Made by a program: the position numbers and the translations under genes
Part shown: positions 25,925-41,057 of the stretch, piece by piece
Numbering within the stretch: position 1 is the stretch's first letter
Layout: every line of letters starts with the position of its first letter
Assembly (NCBI GenBank): GCA_051294375.1
Contig: CM119267.1
Coordinates: 11,159,045 to 11,223,044, forward strand
Source of the DNA: Paraspadella gotoi
Lineage: Eukaryota; Animalia; Chaetognatha
Reading direction: 5' to 3'
Length of the DNA: 64,000 bases
The notes under the pieces: generated by a model
Seen by the model: only the letters and a program-made list of their open reading frames with translations
What the model was told of the DNA's origin: nothing
The model's database searches: none

Positions 25925-26065
25925 CGCGGGCGGAATTCAGAAGCGGAAAAAAAAAGCGGACGGGAGGTAGAATCGAGATCGCAGAAGCGGAAACGTCACC
26001 GACGAAGCGGAAAATGTCAACTGGCCCGGGTCACGTGACCGTTGGGAGGTGAACGGAAACGGAAT
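25925..26065. promoter_or_regulatory. CpG-rich promoter-like motif cluster
   Basis: Three GAAGCGGAA (ETS-like) motifs at ~25940, 25984 and 26004, and a perfect palindrome GGTCACGTGACC (E-box/CLEAR-type) at 26029-26040. It lies between two divergently oriented candidate genes. Confidence 0.35.
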
Positions 26066-26124
26066 AAAGATCGATAAGGCTTGTATGGGCCCCAGAGCGA
26101 GAGAGGCGACCGGAAGGCGATTGT

Positions 26125-26242
<118 letters not shown>

Positions 26243-26534
26243 TACTTTGTAAAGCGAACGAACGACGAATGTAATGAAATTAAAAATTCGAAATTTACGC
26301 TTGTTAGACATTGAAATTATTCGATAATCGATATAGTTAAAAAGTTATGATAATGAGCAATATCAGCATATATAAAAAAAGTGAACAGTGATAAATAAGT
26401 TTTTATATTATATCGATCCGTCGTATCTAACGGAAAGATGAAGATGATGATGACCACATCGATTATTGAATAATGGTGATATTGAATATTGATAATGACG
26501 ATGACAACGATTTCGCAGCGACGAAGCCGATCCG

Positions 26535-27092
26535 ATGGAAGTCGGTGCAGACGCGACGGATTCCGACGCAAACCGTAACGGCGCCGACGCAGACCGAATG
26601 GACGCCGACTCAGACACGAATGACTCCGGTGCGAACCTCGTAAACGTCAACGAAAGCGAAGAAAAAACCGCCGAGGCGAATCTGACGGAAGATTCCCAGT
26701 CGACGCCGGACGCGCGATTCCTCGGCGGCGGCGACACCAACTTCGAGGCTGCGGAACGAATGTCGACGCCGGATCTCGTCGCCGCCAGCGGCGTGGAAGC
26801 GGCGGCGCTGGCCTCGGCGCTGGCGGATCTGACGAAGCTCTCCGACGAGCTCCGACGTTGCGGCGATCAGCTCGAGTCGCTGACACTGAGTCAGCAGGAA
26901 ATGTGGCGCCGTGTGGACGAGGCGGGCGACGCCGGGCCAATTGGCGGCGCCGGACCGGCGGAGGAGTTCGTGAAGGCACCAACGACGACGCCGGCCGACG
27001 ACGAGAATCTTGAAGAGAAGCTTAAGGATTTGGAGACGATGTGGGCGGAAGTCGCGGAGCCGGCCTTTTATCCGCTCGAGGGGAATTTCTGA
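26535..27092 (+). CDS. Hypothetical 185-aa acidic protein with a central predicted coiled coil
   Basis: GC-rich ORF bounded by AT-rich flanks, with high GC at third codon positions. AATAAA at ~27177. Heptad-like segment ALASALADLTKLSDELRRCGDQLESLTLSQQEMWRRVDE. Confidence 0.6.
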   Translation: MEVGADATDSDANRNGADADRMDADSDTNDSGANLVNVNESEEKTAEANLTEDSQSTPDARFLGGGDTNFEAAERMSTPDLVAASGVEAAALASALADLTKLSDELRRCGDQLESLTLSQQEMWRRVDEAGDAGPIGGAGPAEEFVKAPTTTPADDENLEEKLKDLETMWAEVAEPAFYPLEGNF

Positions 27093-27462
27093 ATCAAAAT
27101 TAAAATTAATGATAATAATCAATGTTTTAAGCTTTACAGTCTTTGATTGTGGAGATGTTTGTTCCGTGTGAGTCTCAATAAAAACGATTTAAAGTAAAAG
27201 AAAAAAAAACTCTTTTAGGTCGGTGTTTTCTCGGGGATTCCGTTTCTCTTGAACGAAAATGGAAAAATAATTTCCTCGTAAAAATAAAGGAGGGAAAAAA
27301 GTTTTCAACTTCTACCAATATTTTTTTCCTTTTAAAATTTTTCCCAGTTTTTTTTTTCCTTCTGCCATTCGGACTTGATTACTCTCTAAATTGGAACTGA
27401 ACTTTTTTACTTATGGTTTTTCTGAAATTCTTTTAAAAACTTACTTATTGACGAGTCTTCTA

Positions 27463-28064
27463 ATGAAATTGGTACAACCAATATAAAAATTATCCATTCA
27501 TCTTAATAAATAAGCTATCTTGCCCCTGACTTTGGACAGGCTCTTGGTGGTTTAAGGCCTCCCATCACTCTTACAAGATAATGACATAGCAGGCCTGCAA
27601 GCTTTCAATTCAAGACTCTCTCACAGTCCCGTTTATTCACTCCCAGAGTACCTGGCTTCCCTATCAATGAAGTGGAAAAATATTCAAAGAATGTTTCAAT
27701 TGTATGAAAAGACCCACTCCCTTAAGTATTAGATCGGGGAATACTTTTGTACTCCGCACTAGCATCAAAATTACAAGGAGCTGAATTTTATGAAATTGGT
27801 ACAACCAATATAAAATTATCCATTCATTTAATAAATAAGCTATCTTGCCCCTGACTTTGGACAGGCTTTGGTGGTTTAAGGCCTCCATCACTCTTACAAG
27901 ATAATGACATAGCAGGTCCCTGCAAGCTTTCAATCAAAGACTCTCTCACAGTCCGTTTAGTCACTCCCGAGTACCTGGCTTCCCTATCAATTGAGTGGAA
28001 AATATTTCAAAGAATGTTTCAATTGTTGAAAAGACCACTCCCTTAAGTATTAGATCGGGGAATA
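27463..28064. repeat. Two tandem copies (period 327 bp) of a dispersed repeat
   Basis: ATGAAATTGGTACAACCAATATAAAA at 27463 and 27790. Both copies end in TAGATCGGGGAATA. Confidence 0.9.
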
Positions 28065-28383
28065 ACTAGACATTAATATTAGACATGCCTTTAGTTTATT
28101 TCTTTTTCTTCCTCATTGTTACATCTTCTTTTCTTTCCTCCCATCCCGCCCTCCCTTGCGACCTCTTTTCATTCCCCACCGTCCCTCCCTCTCTAAAGTC
28201 CCTTGCCTCTCCCTTTCTTCCCTCCTTTCCTCTCCCCTCTTCTCTTTCCTCGATTGAAATCCGGATCGCTTTGATCGCTCCAAACTTTCGATCGCGTGCG
28301 ACGAAAAAAAAAAAAATTCCGTTTGAATTTATGAGTTTTTTTCCTTTCCGTCCTGAAACTTGGAACTCGCAGCGGAATTTGTA

Positions 28384-28463
<80 letters not shown>

Positions 28464-28881
28464 GTCGGCGGTGGGTAAGGATTACTTTCTTTTTCAAAGT
28501 AAGGCGCTTTAGTTTTTTTTTTGTTCGGTGCTAAAAATTTACTTTGTCTTTTTTTTTCTTTCAACTCTCACGTTGTTTGACGATGCGATATTTGAGATTC
28601 GGATTTTAGATGTGAAAGTTTTTTTTTTCTTTGTTTCGGGCTTCGTCGACGAAATCGGAAGTTCTGTATCAAGGGTGAGGCATGAAGAACGGTTTAAGTC
28701 GGATAGTTTTATACTTTTATTTATTGACTTAATTAAGATATCAGCTGATTTATATTAGTATTGTATTGATGAAATTGCGCAGGAAAAAATATTATAGTCA
28801 TAGTGCATGCGATTTAAAGGAAAGAAAAAAAAAGAACCCGAATTTTTAAAAGGTCGAGGGGAGGAGAGAGAGGAGAGAGAG

Positions 28882-28935
<54 letters not shown>

Positions 28936-30082
28936 AGAAGAGAGAAGAATCTCATAATGATAATCGTCGCAGCGTGTGTTGACGAGGCGCCTGCGACGCT
29001 CTCTATCGTCCAATCCGACAGGTGGAAACGATGGCATGACCCCCGTTTCCACCGCCAGGTCCGTCTCCGCCGCTGCCGCCGCTGCCGCCGCCCGTTGCCG
29101 CCGCCTGGCGCCGCTGCTGCCGCCGCCGCGCTGCCGCCGCCCTCCCTACCTCGCTGCCGGAGATCCCGTTCGGCGGCGAGATTAGAAGCAGCTCCATTGT
29201 TGACGAACAAAAATAAAAAAAAAGTATAATTTCTTTCTTTCTTTTTTTTTTTGTACAGAATTGAAATCCCCAATTCCCTCAAAATGGCATGACTCTGTCT
29301 TGGGCAATGTGGGAACGACAAAGAGGAGGAGGATGAGGAAGAGGAGGAGAACAGGAGGGAGATATATCGAGATGGGGCGGATCGTAATGATGACGACTCG
29401 TATATTTAATAACCTGTCCGCAGGAAATGGGCGTCCCCGGCCGAACGTCGAAAGCTACGCACAAAAGAGTCGACGATAAGAAAAGAGTTTTTATGTCTTG
29501 ATGAAGTCGAACGGCGATGACTGGAAATGAGTTTGTTTGTTTACTTTCCTTCTTTATTAGTTTTTTTGTACATTTACATTTTTTTTCTAGTGTACATCGT
29601 CCTGCTCTGGATTTCAAATTGCGCCACCAACGAAGTATTTTCGTTCATTCATGCCGAACACATTAACGTTTATTCGTTTAATCTTAATTATAATTTATTG
29701 GCTTTTTTTATTAGTAAATTTTTTTTTTTGGTTCAACGCGTGGGAAATGATCTTATAATTTACATATATATATATATAAAACTGAGGATCTCTTAGTTCA
29801 ATGCCATCAACGAATCTTTAACCAGGGGGGTGACCTCGATCCCCCGTCGGGCGTCCAAGGGTCGACCCTCCTCTCTTTTTTTCGTCGGGAGCTCATCTTA
29901 ATTCGTGATAAATCGTCGCCAGTTGAGACCCGCGATTCATTAGTTAAACGTCATCGAATTATAAAATTCAATTTTGATTGACGGAAAATTGCGGTAAAAA
30001 ACTACTCGTTTCGTTTGAGGGATGTACGCTGTCTTTGAGGGGAAAAAAAGTATGCGTTAATCGAATTAAAAGCCTGATATGT

Positions 30083-30168
<86 letters not shown>

Positions 30169-30727
30169 TGTATATTGTAAGAGCCTCAACTGAGTATCAA
30201 GTCGACTTGAACTCACCGAAAAGAAAACAAAAAACCACCAAGCGGTTTCGTTCGTAAAACAAAACCAAAACAAATTAGGAGCTTAACTTAATCCTTTTAA
30301 CAGAAACCAGACATCGGAATCTGGTATTCAAATGTTTCCAGACACTTCGGTAACTGTGGATTCATCACCACAGTTTCAATGATTTTATTTTTAAACCTCA
30401 TTTACTTCCTGTCAAGTCTTCTGTCCAAAGTTATTTTACGTTGCTTACGCTAAAACTCGCGCCATAAGGTAATGCCGTTGTGTATCTTCGGGCAGCATTG
30501 TGTGGCATTTTGTGCCATCGGGTGTAGTGGGGCGAGACAAGTGGCATGATTGCCACGAGTGGCAGGGCTTCATTCCTTTCATCTCCTTTTGGGCGTGTTC
30601 TTCTGTTTTTTATGGCTGGGGGAAAGGGGGCGGAGGGGGGGGGTTAGAATAGGATGGCAGAGCAGAGGAGAAAAGGAGGCGTGGCTTGGCTTCCTGGCAA
30701 ATAGGTGGAGCTGGGCGTAAAGGAGAG

Positions 30728-30777
<50 letters not shown>

Positions 30778-30947
30778 GAGAGAGTGTTTAATTTTGTAAA
30801 AGATATATTTTATGACGAATTCAGAACGATTTAAAATAATAATAAAGAATAAATTAGAGCGAGAGATAATGAATCATGCAAAAAGAATTGTCACGACTTC
30901 TCCCTTTTATTCTTTGGGAAAACGGAAGTTATTTTGGTTCTTTGCGC

Positions 30948-31018
<71 letters not shown>

Positions 31019-31295
31019 ATTTGGAACAAAAGCCAAAATCGACCTCAGAAGCCAAAGAAGCGAAAAAAATGAAGAGAAGAATCCTGCAACAATTCGAGAC
31101 GCAAAAAAGAAAAAAAAAGAAAGAAAATATAAAGATAAAAAAAATGAAAAAGAAAGAAAAAATAGGTGAAGACTGAAGAGGAATGAAAACAAACAAGAAA
31201 AAAAAAGAAAAAAGAAAGAAAAGACTAAAGTTGAAACGAAAATAAGGTGAGTTCAGTTTGGTAAGGTGAAAGAGTTTGAACTTCTCTCTCTCTCT

Positions 31296-31377
<82 letters not shown>

Positions 31378-32156
31378 CTCTATCTCTCCCAGTTTTCGAG
31401 AGGTCGTGAAGCCCTGTGTCTCTCTCGCTCTTTCTCTTTCTCTCTCGTTTCTGCATCGATTCATTGTTTTTCTATTAACGTTATAACGTTTATTGAGTTC
31501 AGCCATAAATTACATCGACTACATGCCAAATGTAACACTTTAACGACGACAATCATTAACGAGAGGCGCGTTACGCGCCCCGCCTTGTGTACACCGGGTG
31601 TTGGCCGCCGAATCGTACGCTTTGTTTAAACTTCTTATTCTTTTATCTGATTACCAAACATCGTTTCTTCGTTGCGAATTATTTGAACGCGTTTTGCCGA
31701 GTTTAGTTTTTTTTTAGGAAAGAGTTTTTTTAAAAAAAAAGAATTATGGTTGATATGGTATTTTCAGGAAAGATAAGAAATAAGAAGGTTTTAGCTGAGG
31801 AGGGGGGAGGGGGCGAAAACGCCGTGGTGACTGAGACTCCGGTGATCGGACTTAACGAGTCAACGCAATACAGTTCTCAGTAGTACGAATTGGTATAAAA
31901 CGTATAAACAAAACAATCTACATATTTATAAAGACATATAGTCATAAAAATCCACATTTTATTTTTAGTTGAAAACGGACACAGAAAATATGACTCAATA
32001 TTTCCATCGAGCGATCGCCGTCTCCTCATTTGCATAAATGAGAAAAAAAAACCGAATTCGGCCAAGATTTATCGTTTAACGAGGGTCGGGATTTCAGAGG
32101 TAAGGATCTTAGGGAGGTCGAGCCGGGTAAGATTCGATCGGGTCGGCGGTTTACGT

Positions 32157-32194
<38 letters not shown>

Positions 32195-33709
32195 TGAGAG
32201 AGAGAGAGAGAGAATGAATATTTCACTTTTCTCTTTCCCGTTTTCCTAGACCTGGATTCACAGTCTGCAATTTACAACGAATTTCGGAGATAATTACTCA
32301 TATACAATTTTACAATTGCAATTACAATTACTCATTGTACATTGTACAATTAACCATGTACAGTATAATTTTTTTTTAAATTATCATGGTTGTTGCCAAA
32401 CGTTTCGATATTCCAGGTATATGTTGAGTTATTAGTGATGAGTAGCCCACTCTCTTTGAGGCAAAAGAGCATCCGAGTTATTAAAAGTGCCTTTAATACG
32501 TTTATTTTCATTTGAATCAATCAAGTGTACTTATTCAATATCTCTCAGATATCTCCTTTTCACTCATTACAACCGAAAACAAGAGCCAACACAGCGTCTT
32601 CAAAGATATTTCTGAAGATTCTATTAATTACTTTTAGAAAAAAAGAAAGTCATGTTTTGAAGATTGAATCTTTGAACTACTAAAATATGTCAATGAAATT
32701 AGTTTTTATTAATACGATCAAAAAAAGCACAAAAACCTGATAACAAAATCTTATCTCGCACCGGCATTTTCCAGACAACCATGGACGTTCGTAAAAAAAT
32801 CCCAGTTACCAGCCGAGGATGCCATCCGCCGTTGCCATAGGACATCGCCCGGCATATATCAGACCGTGTCCAACTTCGTTCAATCTCCGCCCGGAAATTC
32901 GAGCCGTGTCTCCGTCGCCAACCGAGCGGACGCACCCGCGGACGTACGGCTTGTAACGCTGACGACCTCGGCCGGGCGCGCCCCGTCGAGGCCATTAAAA
33001 CAGAGCTGACCGTCAATTCCCGAGTTGGATCGACGATCGGAAATTAAAAACTTGGAAATTAACGATTCCGGAAGAAGAGATTAAAATTTATGGCTTCCTG
33101 TGGAAAAGTCGTTGTTTGTTGTCAGTTTACAGATCGTTCAATTGATTCGCTCAAAAGGTCGTAGTCCCCGTTGGTTGTTGTTTGAGAACCGGTTTATTTC
33201 CTACCAAACCACTACAAAACTCTTTAACTAAGCAACTCGCTAAGAATTCGAACTCAAAGAAAGTCATAAACCTCACGGAGTCACCCCTGACTGAAAAAAA
33301 ATAGGGATAATTGTTTTCTTTCGTTCGTATTATTTTTGTTTTTGAACGATTTGCTCAGTTGTTGAAACAAATTTTTACCACCAAAACAGATTCACTAAGG
33401 AGTGGCCCGAAAACGAGTGTCATACGGCGAGATAAAATATGTAAAAGATTGACTTTGCATGTTCAAACACAGTGGAATCAACTCAAATCGTTTTACCTCC
33501 AAACCGGTTTTCTAAATTGCCTGTTCGGGTTGGACCGACGAATGTTTTTCTGGTTTTATTCCGGCCAGCAACTGTCAAAATCTAACGAACCAAACTGTTA
33601 GTATAAATCAAGTTTTATCAATCGCAAACTTACCATTATCTCACATTCAATACGAAACTAAAACTGTTTGGATTTTTTGTAAATAAAAAAAAAAAGAACC
33701 TCGAACAAG

Positions 33710-36700
33710 ATGAAAATTCCACAAATCATTCACTACGCACGGACATTCCAATTTCCAGAGCCGTCAAGGATGTGAGTATTAGTATTTAAGAAATTCGTTT
33801 TATATTTCATACTCAATTTGTTTCTTTTGTATTAATTATGCTTTGGCAGGAGGACGGATCTAAAATATATCAAGCGCTATCAATAGAAAACGGCAAGCTT
33901 ATTTCTAAAGCCCAGGGTAATATAAGTTCAAATGTTTTTTTTTTTTTTTGTTTCAAAATATTTGTAAAAAATATTCTCAAACTCAAGCGTTCCAAACGGA
34001 AATTATATCTTTAATAAAATAATTAAATTAGCTATTCTTCTATAGGCGACGCGGGGACCCTTTATGAAGTATTTCAACGGGGTTTTAAAATCAACCCAAG
34101 AGGCAACTGCTTAGGTTGGCGACCGTCGTCCGAGGAAGGCTACAGTTGGTTGTCCTACGAAGAGGCCAATGAGAGGATGCAAGCATTTGGCAGCGGAATG
34201 CTATCCTTAGGGCTGGAACCCGGTCCCGATTCTCGCGTGGGCATATACTCGATAAATCTCCCAGCTATTGCATATGCATGCATGTTAGTAAATTAATTAA
34301 TTTGAGTCCCGTAAAAATATGGAGAGCTAAATATTTTGTGCCGACTTTACTTTCTAGGCGTGTTTCATGTACTCCACGACTTTGTACCTCTCTACGACAC
34401 TCTGGCCCTGATTCTTGCTCTTACATAATCAACAAAGCGGACATATCTTTGGTCGTTTGTGAAAACTCTACGAAGGTAATATGATGTACGAATATTTTCT
34501 GATATTTAAATTTGCCATAAATTTCTGACCCTTTCCAACGACAGGCCAAGAACATTTTTATCCCGATCGTCTGAAACTCCGACTTTGAAATCGATCGTCG
34601 TTGTCAATGGCATCGATCGAGAGTTGGCCAATTTCGCTGAAGGGTCTGGCATTAATCTCTTAACCTTTGAGGACGTCGTCAGAATGGGAAAGGCAATTCG
34701 CGCCCGAACCTTTTTTTCTGCCCCATTGGGCAATGTATCTTAATAAATTTGAACTTTATGGTGGACTAAAATCCACCAACCTGTTCATCAGCGGCCATTG
34801 GTGCCGGAGGCAAGTCATTCACCTCCCAACCCAAAGGTCCGGGTTCTCACCCGGTGGTCGTCTGGCAGTTAAGAGGGACGGGGTGCTTAACCCGCCTGTA
34901 ACACGGTGTTAACAGCCTGATCCGAAGCTCAGGGACTGCTTATATTGAACGGTTCTATCACTAACTCATAACAATAGTTACTGTCTCTTCAACTTGCATT
35001 TTATCTTCACAGAAAAACATCCGTCCGGTGATTCCCCCTCGCGGCGACGACATCGCGATCGTCTGCTTCACCAGCGGAACCACGGGAGACCCCAAGGTGT
35101 CATGCTCTCCCACGGAAATTACTGTTCCAGCATCGGCAGCTGTATGAAAGTCTTGGGAATCATGCAAATGGACTTCACGGACATATTCATATCTTACTTA
35201 CCGTTAGCGCACGTGTTTCGAACAGGTAATGGATAAATTAATCTTTAAGTATCAATAAAAAAATCTTATTAGCTTAATTCATTGATGAAGGTGATGGAAA
35301 ACGGAATTTTGTTGGTTGGAGCCTCGATTGGTTTACTTCAGCGGCGACGTAAAAAAATTGAAAGACGATATGCAAGCCTTGACCCTCAATCTTTCCCTCC
35401 GTGCCAAGACTGCTCAACAAAGTCTACGACACCGTTGTTTCTACCGTGAGAACGTTGTGAATAAAACTTCATTCGCTTTATAAAGAATTTAAAAGAATCA
35501 TGATTGTTCCTTCCCTCAGGCAAGCACCTCTGTGATAAAGAGGTTTCTCCTCAACCACGCCTTAAAAAAGAAAGCCGAACAGCTTTGCTAAGGGTGAATT
35601 CGTCAGAGATTCCTTTTGGGACAAGCTCGTGTTCAAAAAGTTGCACGATGGGTTCGGTAAATACAGAAATTTTTATAATATAATGTCATGTTGAATATTT
35701 TCATTATGAATTCAGTAAAACTTGGTCAATTCATCTTGCAGGTGTCAACGTCAAGTGGTGGGTATCTGGATTCGGCTCCTCTTTCTGCGCCTGTCATGCG
35801 CTTTGTCCGCAGTGCATTCGGAGCCGTAGTAATCGAGGGATACGGTCAAACCGAAAGCGCCACCGGGTGCAGTTGTCAACTGCCTGGCGAACTAGCCGAA
35901 GGAGAAGTAGGCCCGCCCGTTCCCGGTGAGTGTCGCACAATAATGCAATTTTACCTAGGAATTATCTTCATTAAAATTTTGGTTAATTTTAAGAGAAAAA
36001 TGATTTTCAATTAAGCCTGCCTCATGAACTCGTGGACGTTCCGGATATGGAATATTCGCCCGAGACGGGAAGGGAGAAGTATGCGTAAAAGGCCCCAACG
36101 TTTTCAAGGGTTACTTGAAGGAGAAGAGAGACAAAAAAACTCTTGACGAAGATGGATGGCTGCACACAGGGGACATTGGAATGATGACGGAAAGAGGTAA
36201 ACATATACGTTTGTTTATTACAGCCCATGCGTTGTGACGCTTGATTACTGACTTAAACCGACCTACTTTTCCAGCAGCAGCTTATTAAATCATTGATCGT
36301 AGAAGCTATTTTGTTCAAACTCTCGCAAGGAGAATACGTGGCCCCTGAAAAGTAGAAAACGTTTACTCTCGCCATCCACTGGTCGAACAAATCTTCGTCT
36401 CGGCAGCAGTCTAAAGTCTGCGGCCGTCGTCCGCTACGTAGTGGTCACCGGAAGAGCAGCAAGTGGCCGCATGGGCTAAAAGCAAAGGATTGCCAGAAAA
36501 AAGTGAGGATAAGTCTTTATCAAATCGACTGAATTAGAACAAACAAATAACTAGAAGTGCTCTTTATTTCTCCAGGTTTTGCAAACTTGCCTATCCTAAT
36601 CTTAAGAAAGACATTCTCGATGGCATTACAAACGTTGTGGAAACAGGAAAGCGAAAAACCCTTCGAGCAGGTCAGAGATCTACAAATGTAAATAAACAAA

Positions 36701-36974
36701 ATTAATTGTATACTAAATCGATTATTATCTTTTATTTAATTGAATGAATCTAATTATTTTATTGCCGGCAATAAATTTTTAAAAAAAATTAAATTTGATG
36801 ATTCATGAAGATATGATTTTTTTTAAACTCTTTATTAGGTTAAGGACATCTTCATTTCGTCGGAACTTTGTCCGTAGAAAACGACTTGCTGACACCGACC
36901 TTTAAGTTCAAAACGGACCCGCGATACAGAAAAATTCAAAGATCAATTGAAGAAATGAACAAGAACCTTACTGA
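33710..36974 (+). pseudogene. ACSL: Second, frameshifted copy of the same ACSL gene (probably an error-laden assembly duplicate rather than a true pseudogene)
   Basis: Colinear with 44640-47895 in exons and introns at an offset of about 10.9 kb. It has many 1-2 nt indels, e.g. ATCATTC-ACTACG, GACCCCAA-GGT and CTCATGAA-CTCG, and few substitutions. Confidence 0.75.
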
Positions 36975-39900
36975 AAAATGTCTACTCTATTTTTGCAATT
37001 CAGGATGTGTACCGATTTTTCTTATGGTAAATTATGTGAAAGTTTTCATAATTATCTTGTTAAATGTCTTGCCCTAATTTTTGTCCTGTTGGTTATTTTT
37101 TTCGTAATTTGTATCCATATAACATGGAGTTACGACCGATACTTGCCAGTAAATTATATTTATTTTCCATGAAGAGTCAAAATAATTAGGCCAGTTTGCG
37201 TTGGTGTGGTTCGAGTTTTGAGATATTGAACATTTTATTTGAAATGATACAACTGGTTCGTCCAAAGTAACAGTACTTGGCCACCGGGCTCGAAACTCAA
37301 ACCTTTGGATTAGGAAGTTTCTTGTTCATTTTATCGGCAAGGTTTTTTTTAATTTATTAAAGTTTCCCCCGTTCATAAAAACCTACAAGCAAACAATATT
37401 ATAAACTATGCGTTCATTACGTCCACCTTGTTCAATGCTAAGAGTTCGTCCGAAATTTGGGTCGCGGTCGGCATTTTACTTTCTCTTAATCCAGTTTGAC
37501 CATTCCGGCACTCTTCTTTTGCGCCCCCTCTTCACCCCTCGCCGCGCAAATAAAATCGAATTGTCGGCAGATCTTTAGGATTGTTGGTGAGTGGTCGCAT
37601 CGGGATTTCTCAAGCCGCTCGAACACAAATCTCGTTACGGCGATATTTTCTTTTCGAATGACGATCCGCGGGAATTTCGGACTTTCCCGTCGGTTTTCGG
37701 TCCATACGTGAGCGCGATCGCCCAGCGCCTGTTTCGTGTCACGTACTTGATGTCGAGCCGCCTGTCTACGATCGTCATCTTGTTTGAGCCCAATTTTTTA
37801 GGGTTGAAAAGCTTTCTTACTCCAAAAACGGTCATGGCAATTTTGGTACCTGGACCTCAATCTTAAGTGATTTTTTTTTTTCGGAAATGATGTTCGTGAA
37901 ACCGGGTCGAAGCGTGAAAAGTTCGACAGATGTACAACTTGGTTTCTTATGTCCAGGAATAAAAATAGAATCTTTCTCTCACTCTCACACACACACCAAC
38001 GCGTCGGCCGTTATATCGGCGTTCATAAAATTCAGAGATCAAAAACAGTTTCTATCAGCGTCATTTCAAGGATTTTCTGGGAACGTTTATATTTCTCCGC
38101 GCGATTCGTCGTTAACGTTCACTTTCTATTTTTCGATGAGTTCATTCGAGGCTTTGACAGAAATACGTTTCCGAGCGTAAAATTATATTACCTTCTCCAC
38201 TAAGTCTAAAACGGGTTTTAAACCAATTTAACTAATTAAATAATTAAATAAATCTATTTAGTAGAGACGAAAGTGTTTTGTACGGATAATATAAAAAAAA
38301 TTAAAAACCAGTAGAATCGTTACTTTCTCGCTCTTAAAATCAGTTCTTTAACGAATCCGTACATCAAGTTCAGTCGTCCACTCGTTTCCGCCGACCCGTG
38401 CCTTCCGGGCCGTTTGCGTGCCTTGCGGGCTTTTTTATTTCGAGCCGAGCCTTGACCCGGAGCGAATACTGAATAGGAAAATGGAGATACTATAACCTGA
38501 CTAAATGTTCGAGATTCGGGGCAAATCGAGTTCGTGATCGAAAATCGCGACGACGTTAATGACGATAATTATAATGATGATGAGACTGCAGCCGCGTCCG
38601 TCGGCTGCACAAAACTCCTGCTAAAAGTCACGCGGGAACAGTTGTTTAAAATTTATAATATTTATAACTTGTGTTATTATATTTGGGTCGAATAACGATG
38701 CATACTTATTTTTAATCGCTGAGGGTGATGTATATAATTTTCGACAGTCTTTGGTTTTTCTTGCATCTCGGGAATTTTCAAGTAATAAAACTCACGGACT
38801 TGTGAGAATTGAGCCTTGGTTTCAAATCCTCTGTGACCCAGTATGAATGTCTATTAGACATTGTCTAATGTTCTATGGGTTTAACCTAGGGTCGAAATCT
38901 CTTTCTTCCTTGTCGTCAATATTGTCTTTCTGGATTTATTAAGGAAAATGTGTGAAAAGTGCCTGAAATAAGAAAAATAGTATTCTTCTTATCATGTTAA
39001 CACAAAACTTTACTGTAAACTATAATTTCATTTATCGTAGTGACTTTTCAGTCATCCACTCAGATTCTTCTTGATGAGTGTGTGTTGTTTTCTTCAGACA
39101 GCGTCAACTCGTCAATCGATTGTGAGGATCGATATAAATTCTGCGTCAACTAGTTAGGTCAAAAACCGATGCATTCTTTCTTTTCAAATTTGGAGTAAAC
39201 ATCTAATTATTTCTGCCAACGATTGCCGAAATCTCGAAACAAAAAAAACAAAAAAGTGTTTTTGTTTCCGTTCGTGTGGAGAGCGTGGATGCCGAGGTTC
39301 GATCAGTTGGATGGAGAAAGGTGGTGTGTGGGGAAAGAGGAGGAAGATGATAATAGTGGAAAAGGGTCCGAAATTTAACAAACAAAAACTGCCGCGGAAG
39401 AAAAGAACGTGCGGATTGACGGGTAAAGATGCGATGGGACCTACCCTTTCGCATTCTGACGATGCCGATCGGACAACCCCCTTCTGCCCGAGTTGGATTG
39501 ATTGCTCGAGGGCAGGGCTCGCGATTATAATCTTGCGACCGAGGTCGAGTACGGTCGTCTGCTGATTCGTCGTTCGTCGTTCGTTGATCGTCGCCTGGGT
39601 GTTGATATGTCCGGCGCGATTTTCGTCGCCTCACTACCTAAAAGAAAGGAAAGCTACATTCAGAGCGTGAAAGAGCGGATATCAGTAAATGAGGCATGTT
39701 CATTCGTGAATCCGATTGTATGTTCCCAAATGAGTACCTAGGTAACGTTGGTGAGAATGATGGGTATTAAGGGCTAATTTATAGATAGTTATATTAGATG
39801 TGCATGCTCACTGTAGCATAGAATAAGATTAAAATGCTCATATATATATCGATAATAGTATTAATTAATATATTAATAATAATGTTAATATTATATTGAT

Positions 39901-40936
39901 ATATTGTAATATCTCTCTCATTATACTCTCTCTTNNNNNNNNNNNNNNNNNNNNNNNNNCTGCCGCCGCCGCCGCCGCCGCCCTCCCTACCCGCTGCCGG
40001 AGATCCCGTTCGGCGGCGAGATTAGAAGCAGCTCCATTGTTGACGAACAAAAAATAAAAAAAAAAGTATAATTTCTTTCTTTCTTTTTTTTTTTTGTACA
40101 GAATTGAAATCCCCAATTCCCTCAAAATGGCATGACTCTGTCTTGGGCAATGTGGGAACGACAAAGAGGAGGAGGATGAGGAAGAGGAGGAGGAACAGGA
40201 GGGAGATATATCGAGATGGGGCGGATCGTAATGATGACGACTCGTATATTTAATAACCTGTCCGCAGGAAATGGGCGTCGCCCCGGCCGAACGTCGAAAG
40301 CTACGCACAAAAGAGTCGACGATAAGAAAAGAGTTTTTATGTCTTGATGAAGTCGAACAGGCGATGACTGGAAATGAGTTTGTTTGTTTACTTTCCTTAT
40401 TTATTAGTTTTTGTACATTTACATTTTTTTTCCGCTAGTGTACATCGTCCTGCTCTGGATTTCAAATTGCGCCACCAACGAAGTATTTTCGTTCATTCAT
40501 GTCCGAACACATTAACGTTTATTCGTTTAATCTTAATTATAATTTATTGGCTTTTTTAATTAGTAAATTTTTTTTTTTGGTTCAACGCGTGGGAAATGAT
40601 CTTATAATTTACATATATATATATATATAAAACTGAGGATCTCTTAGTTCAATGCCATCAACGAATCTTTAACCAGGCGGGGGTGACCTCGATCCCCCGT
40701 CGGGCGTCCAAGGGTCGACCCGTCCTCTCTTTTTTTCGTCGGGAGCTCATCTTAATTCGTGATAAATCGTCGCCAGTTGAGACCCGCGATTCATTAGTTA
40801 AACGTCATCGAATTATAAAATTCAATTTTGATTGACGGAAAATTGCGGTAAAAAACTACTCGTTTCGTTTGAGGGATGTACGCTGTCTTTGAGGGGAAAA
40901 AAAGTATGCGTTAATCGAATTAAAAGCCTGATATGT

Positions 40937-41057
<121 letters not shown>

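Noticed and set aside
28960-29200. Gly/Ala-rich minus-strand ORF MELLLISPPNGISGS
   Set aside because: Built on (GCC)n repeats, and the duplicate copy at ~39960-40040 has an early stop in the same frame, so it cannot be supported.
37280-37320. tRNA-like minus-strand fragment (also ~48195-48230 and ~55750-55770)
   Set aside because: Only a degenerate T-arm-like motif with no cloverleaf; at most SINE debris.
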